Made by a program: the position numbers and the translations under genes. Below, piece by piece: positions 9,990-19,938 of a DNA stretch of 64,000 nucleotides. Under the pieces are notes generated by a model. The model saw only the letters and a program-made list of their open reading frames with translations, was not told where the DNA came from and made no database searches. Source of the DNA: a bacterium (GTDB taxonomy: Bacteria; UBA8248; JACPRG01; G963555815). Numbering within the stretch: the stretch's first letter is position 1; every line of letters starts with the position of its first letter. The stretch spans positions 768,001 through 832,000 of the forward strand of contig CBDHDG010000006.1 of assembly GCA_965261595.1 (NCBI GenBank), read 5' to 3'.

Positions 9990-10580
9990 CCGGTGGGGCG
10001 GGCATCTTGCCCGCCGCCGGGCTGGAAGCCCGGCCTACCAAATCGCGGCTACATCCCCCAAAATCCAGCCCAGGTTAGGACGCGAAACTATGCAACGAAG
10101 CACCAGTCGCCTTTATCGACAAAAGCCTTGCCTATCTTCTTCATACTTACTCCGCCGGGCGACCCTTCGGGATAGTGGACTTACCCGGGTTTCTCCCAGG
10201 TCAATGCGGGATTCCCCCATTCCCGGGAGGTCCTACGGTGCATGGATACAATTGTTCATACTATATCTTGCATTGAAACGACAGCCTAATTCACGCTTCG
10301 GAAAATTGGCCGGGGTTGAAAGAAGATTTCGCCTGGAAATCCCTTCGATGGTCGGGGTATGAAGGCCGTTGAAGAAAGGGGCGCGAGTGCTTGAAAAGGC
10401 GGCACTGGCAGGCAAGCTGCCAGTGGCGCGCTCTTGTTTCTATAAGGGCCGCCGGGCAAGATGCCCGGCCTACCGATGCAGGGGTGGTGGGGCGGGCATC
10501 CTGCCCGCCCGTCGATGCCAAACCGCATGGATTGATTTAAAGACAATAGGGTGCCACTGGCGGCTGGTCCGCCAGTGCCT
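9990..10580. repeat. Cluster of REP-like palindromes
   Basis: GGTGGGGCGGGCATC(T/C)TGCCCGCC at ~9992 and ~10487, inverted relatives at ~10018 and ~10452, paired CACTGGC...GCCAGTG units at ~10400 and ~10552. Confidence 0.7.
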
Positions 10581-10588
10581 CCTTACAA

Positions 10589-11767
10589 TCAAAACGCCGC
10601 CCGCAGCACCTCCTCCACCTGGGCCGGGTCCGTGATGGGTTTCGGGTTGTTCTTGACGGCCCGGCTGTGCATGGCCTCCGCCGCCAGGGAGGGGATGTCC
10701 GATTCCGGCACGCCGACTTCGCTCAACCGCCCCGTCAGGCCGCAGTCTTCCCGCAGTTTCAGAATGAAGTCGATCCCCTTCCGGCCCGCCTCCAGACCTT
10801 CGTCCGCGTCCTTCGCCGCCCCCATCGCCCGGGCGAGCTCGGCCTGTTGCGAGGCGGTGGCGTCCAGGTTGTACCGAAGGGCGTTGGGCAGGATGATCGT
10901 GTTGGAGACGCCGTGCCCCAGACCGTACCGCCCTCCCAGGACGTGACAGATTCCGTGATGGAGGCCGATGCCGGTGTGATGGACGGTGAAGCCCGCCAGG
11001 AACCCCGCCCGGAGCATCCACGTCCGGGCCTCCAGATCGCTTCCGTCCCTGACGCACCGGAGCAGGCTCCGGGCGATCCACCCCGCGGCGTCCTTGGCGG
11101 CGGCCAGGCCCACCGGGTCGGCGACGGGCGAATAGAGACCCTCGGCGCAGTGGGCGAGGGCGTTCATGGCGGATTCGGCCGTCACCTTCGGCGGCAGGCC
11201 GAGCGTAACCTTAGGGTCGTAGACGACGCAGAGCGGGAGGATGCGCGGGTCGCGGCCGGGGCGTTTCTGTCCCCGCTCCTCGTCGCGCTGGCCGGCGATG
11301 ATCGTCATCTCGGTCCCGGAATAGGTCGTCGGGACGCAAAGGTGGGGGAAGCGGCCGAACGTCTCGCCCTTGGCCTCGGCCTCGCGGATCCGCCACAGGC
11401 CCAGGGCCTTCCCCGTCCCCAGGGCGCTGCCGCCGCCGAAGCTGACGACGAAGTCGGCCCGGGCGTCCTCGGCGGCCCGGAAGGCGGCGTCCACCGTCTC
11501 CACGATGACGTGCGTCCGGACTCCGGTGAAGGACCCGGCCAGCCGACCGCCCAGGATGTCCCGGAGCCGTTTCCCCTCCGGGGAGTCCTTCGCCCGCTCC
11601 GTGCAGACGAGGAACACGCGCTTGCCGCCGAGGCGGTCCACGATCTCAGCCGTCCGGCTCAGGCTACCGGGACCGAAGTGGACTTCCTGCTCCTGCGTGT
11701 GGAATTCAAAGGTTTCGTTGGGTGAGATGGCGTGGGTCTCCTCAACACGGACTCGATAAAGCAACAC
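10589..11767 (-). CDS. Iron-containing alcohol dehydrogenase / maleylacetate reductase family (start uncertain)
   Basis: FGGGSALGTGK, VPTTYSGTEMT, NALAHCAEG, HHGICH, GHG. Confidence 0.9.
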   Translation of the reverse strand: MLLYRVRVEETHAISPNETFEFHTQEQEVHFGPGSLSRTAEIVDRLGGKRVFLVCTERAKDSPEGKRLRDILGGRLAGSFTGVRTHVIVETVDAAFRAAEDARADFVVSFGGGSALGTGKALGLWRIREAEAKGETFGRFPHLCVPTTYSGTEMTIIAGQRDEERGQKRPGRDPRILPLCVVYDPKVTLGLPPKVTAESAMNALAHCAEGLYSPVADPVGLAAAKDAAGWIARSLLRCVRDGSDLEARTWMLRAGFLAGFTVHHTGIGLHHGICHVLGGRYGLGHGVSNTIILPNALRYNLDATASQQAELARAMGAAKDADEGLEAGRKGIDFILKLREDCGLTGRLSEVGVPESDIPSLAAEAMHSRAVKNNPKPITDPAQVEEVLRAAF

Positions 11768-11783
11768 CCAAACGCGCTCTACA

Positions 11784-11814
11784 GGGTCAGCCGACCCGCA
11801 GGGTCAACCGACCC
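11784..11814. repeat. Two 14-bp hairpin units, 17-bp period
   Basis: GGGTCAGCCGACCC and GGGTCAACCGACCC; same family as 53566-53613. Confidence 0.7.
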
Positions 11815-11870
11815 GCGCCACACGGACGATTGGATTGATGGACAAGATAGGGGTCTGGAGGTCTCAAAGC

Positions 11871-12788
11871 TTATGCCTCAACCCACCCCGTCCCCTCATG
11901 GCCGAAACCAAAGACTTCCGGGTGGAAGATCTCGGCGAAGATCTCCAGGGACTCGGCGAGCCTCGGGCCGGGGCGGTTGAAGTACTGGTTGCCGTCGGTC
12001 AGGTAGACCCGTCCGTTTCGGACGGCCTTGAGGTCGTCCCACCCGGCCTTTCCCGTCAAGGCGGGCATCTCTTCCCGGGTCTTCTCGATGTCGTATCCGC
12101 AGGGGAAGAGGACGATAACGTCCGGATCGGCGTCGCGCAGCGTTTCCCACTCCATCCAGGAGGAATGCTCATTCTCTTTCCCGAAGAGGTTGGTCCCGCC
12201 CGCCATCTCCACCATCGTGGGCGCCCAGTTCCCCGCAGCCATGAGGGGGTCTATCCACTCGATACAGCCGACGGTGGGACGGTCGGCGATCATCTCGGAC
12301 CGGGCGGCGATCTCCTTCATTCGCGCCCGCAATCTCCCGATGAGGGCTTCGCCCCGGTCCTCGGCGTCGAGCGCGCGGGCCACCCTGCGGATGTCCTCCC
12401 ACACGTCCCCCAGGCCGTTGGGCTCGAGCGAGACAACCTGGGGGGCTTGGCCGCCCGTGAAGCCGCACACGGCCTCCTCCACGTCCTTCAAGCTGACGGC
12501 GCACACCTCGCACTGGGTCTGGGTGATGATGACGTCCGGCCGCACGGCCTCCAACTCCTCGGCGTGCACGCGGTAGACCGAGAGGGCCTCCTGCAAAATC
12601 GCCTTGACCCGGTCGTCGATCTCGCAGGAGGCTCCCTCGGTGTTGAACTTCGGCTCGGTGAGGGCCGGCAGGGAGGCGACAGACGCGGGAAAATCACACT
12701 CGTGGGAGCGGCCGACCATCTGGCCCTCGAACCCGAGCGCGCAGACAATCTCGGTGCCGCCGGCAATCAACGAGACGATCCGTTTCAT
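11871..12788 (-). CDS. Cobalamin/Fe-siderophore-type substrate-binding protein (BtuF-like)
   Basis: RIVSLIAGGTEIVCALG, GRSHECDFP, TQTQCEVCAV, YFNRPGPRL. Confidence 0.85.
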   Translation of the reverse strand: MKRIVSLIAGGTEIVCALGFEGQMVGRSHECDFPASVASLPALTEPKFNTEGASCEIDDRVKAILQEALSVYRVHAEELEAVRPDVIITQTQCEVCAVSLKDVEEAVCGFTGGQAPQVVSLEPNGLGDVWEDIRRVARALDAEDRGEALIGRLRARMKEIAARSEMIADRPTVGCIEWIDPLMAAGNWAPTMVEMAGGTNLFGKENEHSSWMEWETLRDADPDVIVLFPCGYDIEKTREEMPALTGKAGWDDLKAVRNGRVYLTDGNQYFNRPGPRLAESLEIFAEIFHPEVFGFGHEGTGWVEA

Positions 12789-12903
12789 GCGGGCGCTCCT
12801 TCCAAGTTCAAAATCGCGGGGGGGGAGGTTAAAAAAACCCTGGTTGAATCCTTGTTCACCAGTCTTTTGAGCCCCCTTTTATCAGCGACAGAGCGGATTC
12901 ACC

Positions 12904-15108
12904 TCAAAGAGATACCTTGATGTCGTCGTGAAGGGGTGGATCGCCCGGCATGGCCACCTCCACATCCAGCAACCGGGAGCACCCGGGACACAGATAATGC
13001 CGCAGCTCGAACCGTCGAGTGTTCGACCTTTGCGGACCGGACCGGGTCAAGGAAGTAGGAATGAGAATGGCGCTCTCTTTCCAATGCCCATCGTTCGCGG
13101 CCAAGCCGTGGCCGCATTTTGTGCATTGAATGCTCAGCCCCCCGGGGGTCTGAACGGCCCTGAGGTTTTCACTCAGGCTGAATCCCCCGGACGATTCGGA
13201 TTCATCGAATGACTCCCGGACCTGAACCGCTTCGGGAGAAAAGACCTTCTCATCAGCGGAATCTTCCCGGTCTTCGATAAATCCGTTTCGCCTGCCGTCC
13301 AGGAGGCGGGCTCTCCGTCGATCCGTTCGATCCCGATCGACCTCCAGGCGGCCGTTCAACGCCACCCCGTAAATTTCTTCGGCGACCTTTCGGGAAACCA
13401 AACCCTGGATCACATCGGTCCGGACAAGCTCCGGCTCTCGATCGATGGGATCCCCGTAACCTCCGCCGCCCATGATCCAGGCGTGGAGCATCTCGCCTTC
13501 TTCGAGCGCATAAGTCCCCCAGAATACATCCCGCTTTTCTCCATCCACCTCGTCTACGTCTTCGGGGACGCCCCCGGCGCGAAGAAGCCGAAAAACGTCC
13601 AATTCCTTGATCAGGGTGTATCCGCAATTGCAGCCCGGGTACCCGCCGAAGAAGCCTTGGCACTGCGTAAACTCCGTTCCCCTTCCGTACAGAACGACAT
13701 CGACTTTTCCGTCGGACGAATCGTGGGCGGTGAACGCATATTCAATCCCCAGCCCTCCCCGAAACCGGCCCGGCCCGGCGGAGTCCGGCAAAAGGCGTCG
13801 ATAGAGATACAACAGAGGAAGGATGAGCTCCTCACTTTCGATGTTGGGCGTTCTCGACAGGGGGTTCGGGATTTCCCCGCCGAAGTCCACGCCATCCTTG
13901 AAGGTCCGCGCCCCCCCGCTTCCGCCGAACTCATCGGTCAGCATCCCGATCACGTACCGCCCATCCTGATAACCGCAGACCGTTATCGGGGAGTGCGCGC
14001 CCAGCCAGACCGCGGTGGCTTCCTTGCGATACGCGTCGGAGGCGGCCAACATTTTCGAGAGCGCTTCGAGGGAAGCGTTATTAACGACCTCGATCCCGGA
14101 AATCGTCGCCAGGCAGTTCGGGGCCGGACGGGTGCAGTTCACCAGGCTCCCCTCGGGCGCAATCAGGGTGACGGGTTTCAGCATCCCGTCGTTCCACGTC
14201 ATGTCGTAGCCGAGCATGGGGAACAGGGGCGCAACGAGGCCGCCCAGGGTCCCCCAATAGGTGGAGTTGAATGCAACGGAGGCCTGCTCGCTTGTGCCCG
14301 TGAAGTCATAGACGAGCGAGTCATCGTCTTTGGTCATGGCCAGGTTGACCGTATAAACCTCTTGCTCGGTCTCCAGATACTGCCTGACTCTCCACGTTCC
14401 ATCCGGAAGCTCTCTCAACCGATTCCGAAGCAGCGTTTCGGACTGATCGATCAATCCTTGCGCCACCTCATCCACCACATCCGGACCATACCCGGCGTAC
14501 AACTCTTCCAGTCTCTCCCGCGCGGTGATGTTCGCGGCAATCTGTGAATGCAGGTCCAGGGCCCCTATCTCGGACGTCCTCACCATGTTCAGGATCGTCT
14601 TCCAGACGTCCTTTCGGAGGACCCCCCTCTCCACCAGCTTGATCCCCGGAGTCATGAAGCCTTCGTGAAACACCTCTTTAGAGTCCGGCGCGAAACCGCC
14701 GGGATTGATGGCGCCGATATCCCGCAAATGCACGAAGTTCGAGCTCCACGCAACTCGCCTCCCTCCATCGAAAATGGGGGAGAGGACGAAGATATCCGAG
14801 CTGTGCAGCGCCGCGATGTAAGGATCGTTCAGGAGAAAGACATCCCCGTCGTAAATGCCCGGGTTCTCGGAATACTCCCGGATAATGTGACGGCAGGCCT
14901 CGCCCGCGCCGGGAAGCGCGTGAAGATAACCGGTGACGCCCATCAGCAGGCTCCCGTCCGCCGTATACAGCGCGGCGATCAGGTCATGCCCTTCCGTCGT
15001 GGTCGAGGATCCCGAGATGTGCTTCAACGTGATCACCGACTCGTCGACCACGCGCATGAGCTTGTGCCGGATGATCTCGAACGTGAAGGGATCAACACTC
15101 ACGGCCAT
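12904..15108 (-). CDS. Hydantoinase B/oxoprolinase protein with C-terminal acetone-carboxylase-gamma-like domain
   Basis: LLNDPY..LHSSD, HLRDIG, DSAGPGRFRGG, GGGGYGDP; then CTKCG...YLCPGCSRLLDVE. Confidence 0.85.
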   Translation of the reverse strand: MAVSVDPFTFEIIRHKLMRVVDESVITLKHISGSSTTTEGHDLIAALYTADGSLLMGVTGYLHALPGAGEACRHIIREYSENPGIYDGDVFLLNDPYIAALHSSDIFVLSPIFDGGRRVAWSSNFVHLRDIGAINPGGFAPDSKEVFHEGFMTPGIKLVERGVLRKDVWKTILNMVRTSEIGALDLHSQIAANITARERLEELYAGYGPDVVDEVAQGLIDQSETLLRNRLRELPDGTWRVRQYLETEQEVYTVNLAMTKDDDSLVYDFTGTSEQASVAFNSTYWGTLGGLVAPLFPMLGYDMTWNDGMLKPVTLIAPEGSLVNCTRPAPNCLATISGIEVVNNASLEALSKMLAASDAYRKEATAVWLGAHSPITVCGYQDGRYVIGMLTDEFGGSGGARTFKDGVDFGGEIPNPLSRTPNIESEELILPLLYLYRRLLPDSAGPGRFRGGLGIEYAFTAHDSSDGKVDVVLYGRGTEFTQCQGFFGGYPGCNCGYTLIKELDVFRLLRAGGVPEDVDEVDGEKRDVFWGTYALEEGEMLHAWIMGGGGYGDPIDREPELVRTDVIQGLVSRKVAEEIYGVALNGRLEVDRDRTDRRRARLLDGRRNGFIEDREDSADEKVFSPEAVQVRESFDESESSGGFSLSENLRAVQTPGGLSIQCTKCGHGLAANDGHWKESAILIPTSLTRSGPQRSNTRRFELRHYLCPGCSRLLDVEVAMPGDPPLHDDIKVSL

Positions 15109-15522
15109 CGCTCCTGGAGGTGAATCACCATGTTCTGGTACGGATCCCGCTTCGGCGGATCCCCCTCCCCCTCCCGCCGCGAGAGATCGGCGGCGGCCAT
15201 CAACCGGGCGGCTTCGGAAAAAACTCCTTCGGGCCGTGTCGCCCGCCTGCCGCGCCCGAAAAAACCGTCCTCCGTCTTACGGTGGATCCCCTCCAGAATC
15301 GGTCGCGCGCGCGGGGCGGATTCCGATGGATATTCTACGCGTTGAGACTTGTTTGAGGAAAACTTCCGAGGGAGCGCAAACGGGTCATCCAACTGACTTC
15401 GGGAGGGAGGACGACCCGCCGGGGGCGGATTCCAGACGGATTCGGTTTGTCCTTTCTTCAAGAGACGGGGAGAGCGCACATCCCGCAAATTGGTTGCGGA
15501 GACGACGCGCCCTCCCCTCCCT

Positions 15523-16527
15523 TTATTTCAGAAACTCGTTCGTGTAGGCGTCCTTGAGCGAAACTTTGTTAGGATCAGTGTTGAAGGCAGTCAATACGAT
15601 ATCCCTCGTCCGTTTCATTTTTTCTTTGGTCATGTAGCCGAGGCCGTTTTTCTTGGCCACCGGGGTCATAACCAGGAGATCCTTGAGAACGGTGATCGTC
15701 TCACGGGAGATCTTCGCATTTAGGTGCGGCTGAGACTTGAGTAGGATCTGGGTCGCCTCATCTGGGTGGTCGAACGTATACTGATAGGCCTTGATCAGGG
15801 CCTGCAAGAATCCTCGCACGGAACCTGGGTTCGCTTCGATGAACTTGTCCATGCCTACGATGGCGTTGCTGTAAATATCTACGCCATGGTGTGCATACAT
15901 GATCCTGTTGTAACCGCCGAATTTCTTGGTCACCTTGTTCATCAGCGGATCGAGCGTGACGAAAAAGCCACAACCATCGGCCTTTCCGGAGAGAAAGGTA
16001 GAGAGTTTAGCGGAAGGCGCAACGATCACAAAGGTGACCTTACTCTCGTCAATTCCGGTTGCTTTGGCGAAGGGTTTGAACAGCGTTTTATTGATGTCTG
16101 CAGCCGCCATCGCAATCCTTTTTCCTTCGAGGTCCTTGGGCTTGGTTATGCCGCTGTTCTTCTTCGTATAAATCAGAAACGGGGCTTGCTCATAGAAAAC
16201 TCCGACGAGCTTGGCTTTGTGCCCCTTAGACCTGCCGAGCATCGTCGCCCCGGCATCTCCGAAGCCCAAGTCATTCGTTCCCGCCACCAACTCCTTGAGA
16301 ACACCGGCGGACCCAAAGCCGCGCGACAACTTCACCTTGAGGCCCTGCGCTTCATAGAACCCCTTCTCCTGGGCCACGAAGAAGGGAGCGTGAACGCCGT
16401 AGAACGCCCAGTCCGCTCCGAATTTCAGGTTTTTTTTCTCCGCCGCTGCCGGGGCAGTCCATGTCAGGAGGAAAACACCCAAGGTCAAAAACCAGGCCGC
16501 CGGCCGAAGGCATCCGATTTTTCTCAT
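15523..16527 (-). CDS. ABC transporter substrate-binding protein, NMT1/THI5 family
   Basis: Signal peptide, DWAFYGVHAPFFVAQEKGFY, KPKDLEGK. Confidence 0.85.
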   Translation of the reverse strand: MRKIGCLRPAAWFLTLGVFLLTWTAPAAAEKKNLKFGADWAFYGVHAPFFVAQEKGFYEAQGLKVKLSRGFGSAGVLKELVAGTNDLGFGDAGATMLGRSKGHKAKLVGVFYEQAPFLIYTKKNSGITKPKDLEGKRIAMAAADINKTLFKPFAKATGIDESKVTFVIVAPSAKLSTFLSGKADGCGFFVTLDPLMNKVTKKFGGYNRIMYAHHGVDIYSNAIVGMDKFIEANPGSVRGFLQALIKAYQYTFDHPDEATQILLKSQPHLNAKISRETITVLKDLLVMTPVAKKNGLGYMTKEKMKRTRDIVLTAFNTDPNKVSLKDAYTNEFLK

Positions 16528-16689
16528 CCTACGTCCTCCCTTGAACATGGACCGCCATGCCCTTGATGTGATCACCTTTGAGCGGGCGCTTCTAAATCCC
16601 GCCCGGTTGGGACAAACCTGCGTCAGATTCATTCCATGCCCGATAACTTTCAATCCTACCATAGACGCAATCTGTCGCCCCCGGATTTT

Positions 16690-18981
16690 TCAACCTTTCG
16701 CCTGAAACCCTTGGAGCACTTTTTCCGGCGTGATCGGCAGGTCGTTCACCCGCACCCCGATTGCGTCTTCGACCGCGTTGGCGATGGCCGCCGCCGTCGG
16801 CACCAGAACCGCCTCGGAGAACCCCTTCGCCCCGAAGGGGCCCGTCGGCTCCGGCTCCTCGATGAAGTCGTAGACGATGGGCGGCACGTCCAGGATGTTC
16901 GGCACCTTGTAATCAACGAGGCTGGGGTTTTCGATGACCCCGCCGGAGTAGACCACCTCCTCGATGAGGGCGAACCCCAGGCCCTGCGTCACGCCGCCTT
17001 GGAGTTGGCCGATAATGCCGCCGAGGTTGATGATCTGCCCCACGTCATGGGAGCAGATGAGCCGGAGGACTTCCACCTCTCCCGTTTCCTCGTCGACCTC
17101 TACCTCCGCGATGTGCGTACAGAAGGTCATCGTCGCGATGCCCGGGCGGGGATTTCCGTCTATGCAATCGACGTTGACGGGAGGGCCTTGGGCCTCAAAG
17201 ACGCCTCGGCCCAGGATCGGTCCGCCCCCTTTCGGCCCTTTGGCCTTGGTGAGTTTGGCGAAAGTCATGGTCCGCTCGGGTGCACCCGGCATGAAGACCT
17301 TCTTGTCGGCGACGGCCAGGTCCTCGGCGGGGACCTCCAAGACGTGGGCCGCCCGTTCGACGAGCTGCTGCTTGGCGTCCGCCGCCGCCAGCCGGACCAC
17401 GTTGCCGACGTTGTAGGTCACCCGGCTCGCGGCCGTGTAGTACTCGAAAGGCGTCGCGTCCGTATCGGCCGAGACGACCCGCACGTCGTCCACGCCGACG
17501 CCGAGCTCCTCGGCCGCGACCATCGCCACCATCGTGATCTGGCCCGCGCCGATCTCGATCACCCCGGACGACACCTGGACCGTCCCGTCGTCCATCACCT
17601 TGACGTTGGCGGAAGAGCTCAACCCGCCCGAGACGTGCATGCCGGAGGCGGCCCCCCGGCCCCGCCGCTTCCCGTTGCCGGAGGAGAGGGGCTTCCCGTC
17701 CCAATCCGCGTGCCGCGCGGCGGAATCGAGGGTCTTCTTCAGCCAGACCTCGTTCAGCTTCTGGCCGTTGACGAGGGAATCGCCGTGGTCCATCCCGTTC
17801 AACCGTCGAAGGTCAATCGGGTCGATGCCCAGCTCCCGGGCGATGATGTCCATCTGGGACTCGCCGGCGAAAATGGACTGGGGGGCTCCGTATCCCCGAA
17901 AGGCGCCGGAGATGGGCTTGTTCGTGTAGACGGTGTAGGCCTCGGCCCTGACGTTCGGGACCCGGTACACCCCCCTCGCGTAGAAGGCGCCGCCCGCGGC
18001 GATGGTGGGGCCGTGGTCCGCGTAGGCGCCGGTGTCGTAGTAGAGCTTCGCCTCGCGGGCCATGAGCCGGCCGTCCCGCTTGACGCCGGTGCGGATCTTC
18101 GTCGTCGTGGGGTGGCGGGGAAGGCCCGCGATAAAGTCTTCGTCCCGGGTGAATTGAAGCAGGACCGGCTTTCCGGACCGCAGCGCCAGGCCGGCGGCGT
18201 ACATGTCCGCCCGGGGCTTCTTGCCGCCGAAGCCGCCCCCGACGATCGCGCCGACGACCCGGACCTTCGTCATGGGAAGCGCCCACACCTTGGCCAAGAG
18301 CGCCTGGAGGTTGAAGACCCCCTGCGTGCTGGACCAGACGGTCAAGCCGTCCTGGCCGTCCTGCTGGGCGAGGGAAGCGTGGGGCTCCAGGTAGGTCTGG
18401 TGGTTCTGTTGTGTCGAGAAGGTGTGCTCGAAGACCTCGTCGGACTCCGCAAACCCTTTCTCGACGTTGCCGTACCCAAACCACGTCCGGCACACGACGT
18501 TCCCCGTCCGGCCCTTCACATCGAAGGTCGAGGTGTATTGGCCGGAATCCTCGTGAACGAGGGGCGCGTCGGGCTTCATCGCCTCGATGGAATTGAAGAC
18601 GGCGGGCAGCTCCTCGTATTCCACCTCGATGAGGGAGAGGGCCTCCTCGGCGATGTCGGCGTCCGTGGCGGCCACGGCCGCGATCTCGTCGCCCAGGTAG
18701 CGGACTTTCTCCGGATCGAACAACCTTTGATCGAAGATGGTGACCCCGTAGTGGATATCCGGCGTGTTCTTGGACGAAATGACCGCCTTGACGCCCGGCA
18801 GTTTCTCGGCCTTTCGTGTGTCGAGGTTGAGGATGCGGGCGTGGGGGTGGCGGCTCCGGAGGATCCGGCCGCAAAGCGTCCCGGGCAAGTGGATATCCGC
18901 CGTGTACTTAGCGCCCCCCGACGCCTTGGGCGCGCCGTCGATCCTCGGGATGTCCCGGCCTAAAACCTTGTACTCGGACAT
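16690..18981 (-). CDS. Xanthine dehydrogenase family molybdopterin-binding subunit
   Basis: LEPHASLA, GGGFGGK, GAFRGYGAPQ, EIGAGQ, GQLQGG, GPFGAKG..E. Confidence 0.92.
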   Translation of the reverse strand: MSEYKVLGRDIPRIDGAPKASGGAKYTADIHLPGTLCGRILRSRHPHARILNLDTRKAEKLPGVKAVISSKNTPDIHYGVTIFDQRLFDPEKVRYLGDEIAAVAATDADIAEEALSLIEVEYEELPAVFNSIEAMKPDAPLVHEDSGQYTSTFDVKGRTGNVVCRTWFGYGNVEKGFAESDEVFEHTFSTQQNHQTYLEPHASLAQQDGQDGLTVWSSTQGVFNLQALLAKVWALPMTKVRVVGAIVGGGFGGKKPRADMYAAGLALRSGKPVLLQFTRDEDFIAGLPRHPTTTKIRTGVKRDGRLMAREAKLYYDTGAYADHGPTIAAGGAFYARGVYRVPNVRAEAYTVYTNKPISGAFRGYGAPQSIFAGESQMDIIARELGIDPIDLRRLNGMDHGDSLVNGQKLNEVWLKKTLDSAARHADWDGKPLSSGNGKRRGRGAASGMHVSGGLSSSANVKVMDDGTVQVSSGVIEIGAGQITMVAMVAAEELGVGVDDVRVVSADTDATPFEYYTAASRVTYNVGNVVRLAAADAKQQLVERAAHVLEVPAEDLAVADKKVFMPGAPERTMTFAKLTKAKGPKGGGPILGRGVFEAQGPPVNVDCIDGNPRPGIATMTFCTHIAEVEVDEETGEVEVLRLICSHDVGQIINLGGIIGQLQGGVTQGLGFALIEEVVYSGGVIENPSLVDYKVPNILDVPPIVYDFIEEPEPTGPFGAKGFSEAVLVPTAAAIANAVEDAIGVRVNDLPITPEKVLQGFQAKG

Positions 18982-19210
18982 GCGTGCCTTCTTTCCTGAT
19001 TGAACATCATGGGTCCGTGGAATCGTGTCATGCGATCCCCTCCAGTTTACCACGAGCGCGAGCGGCCGATGGCCGATGGCCCCCGGGCGAAATCTTTACA
19101 CCGATTTCCGTTCAGCTTAGATTGAGGGGCGTCCGGAACCCGACCCATCCCATTCCGGGGCGCGGATTCGTCCGTTCTTTCAGAAATCCCCTTTCCATTG
19201 GAGCGCCCGG

Positions 19211-19867
19211 ATGGCCAAGCTTTACGCCGTCGGCGACATCCATGGCTCCACCGCGCATTTGACCCGCCTCGTGGAGACCGTCCCCTTCGAGCCGGAGGAC
19301 CGAATCGTGTTCATCGGGGATTACATCGATCGCGGGCCGGATTCCCGCGGAACGGTGGAATTCCTGCTCTCTTTCCGGGAGAGGTTCCCGAAATGCGTAT
19401 TCCTGCGGGGGAACCACGAGGAGATGTTGGAAGAATTCCTGAACGGCGCGGATGGGTGCATACGGAACGCCTATATCATGAACGGCGGCGGGGAGACGCT
19501 GATCTCCTACGCGCTGAACCCTCTGGGGAAGGTCAAAGCCGCGGATTTCCCCGAAGGCCATCTGGATTTCCTGTTCGAAACCGCGCTCACGCATGGGGAG
19601 GACGGGTTCCTGTTCGTCCACGCCGGGATCCGCCCCGGCGTCGCGTTGGAGGACCAGAGCCGGCAGGACCTGTTGTGGATCCGCGAGGAGTTCTTCACCC
19701 ACGAGCACGCCCTGGGTCTCACGGTGGTCTTCGGCCACACCCCTTTGCGGGACATTTTCCAGAACCCGCCCTACGCCATCGGCATCGACACCGGCGCGGT
19801 GTTCGGCGGGATGCTGACGTGCGTCGAGCTGGGTGACGGGAAAATCCTGAACGCCTACCAGGTGTGA
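19211..19867 (+). CDS. Calcineurin-like metallophosphoesterase
   Basis: GDIHG, GDYIDRG, RGNHE, VHAG, GHTP, IDTG. Confidence 0.92.
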   Translation: MAKLYAVGDIHGSTAHLTRLVETVPFEPEDRIVFIGDYIDRGPDSRGTVEFLLSFRERFPKCVFLRGNHEEMLEEFLNGADGCIRNAYIMNGGGETLISYALNPLGKVKAADFPEGHLDFLFETALTHGEDGFLFVHAGIRPGVALEDQSRQDLLWIREEFFTHEHALGLTVVFGHTPLRDIFQNPPYAIGIDTGAVFGGMLTCVELGDGKILNAYQV

Positions 19868-19938
19868 GCCGTCCCGCGGGAAATGGGCAGGGTGAAAGAA
19901 GGCTTTCCTCATATGGTTGTCATACATAGAGAGAGACG

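Noticed and set aside
16636..18963. Long antisense ORFs (also 44368-45663, 56021-57676 and others)
   Set aside because: Shadow frames of high-GC genes with recognisable products on the other strand
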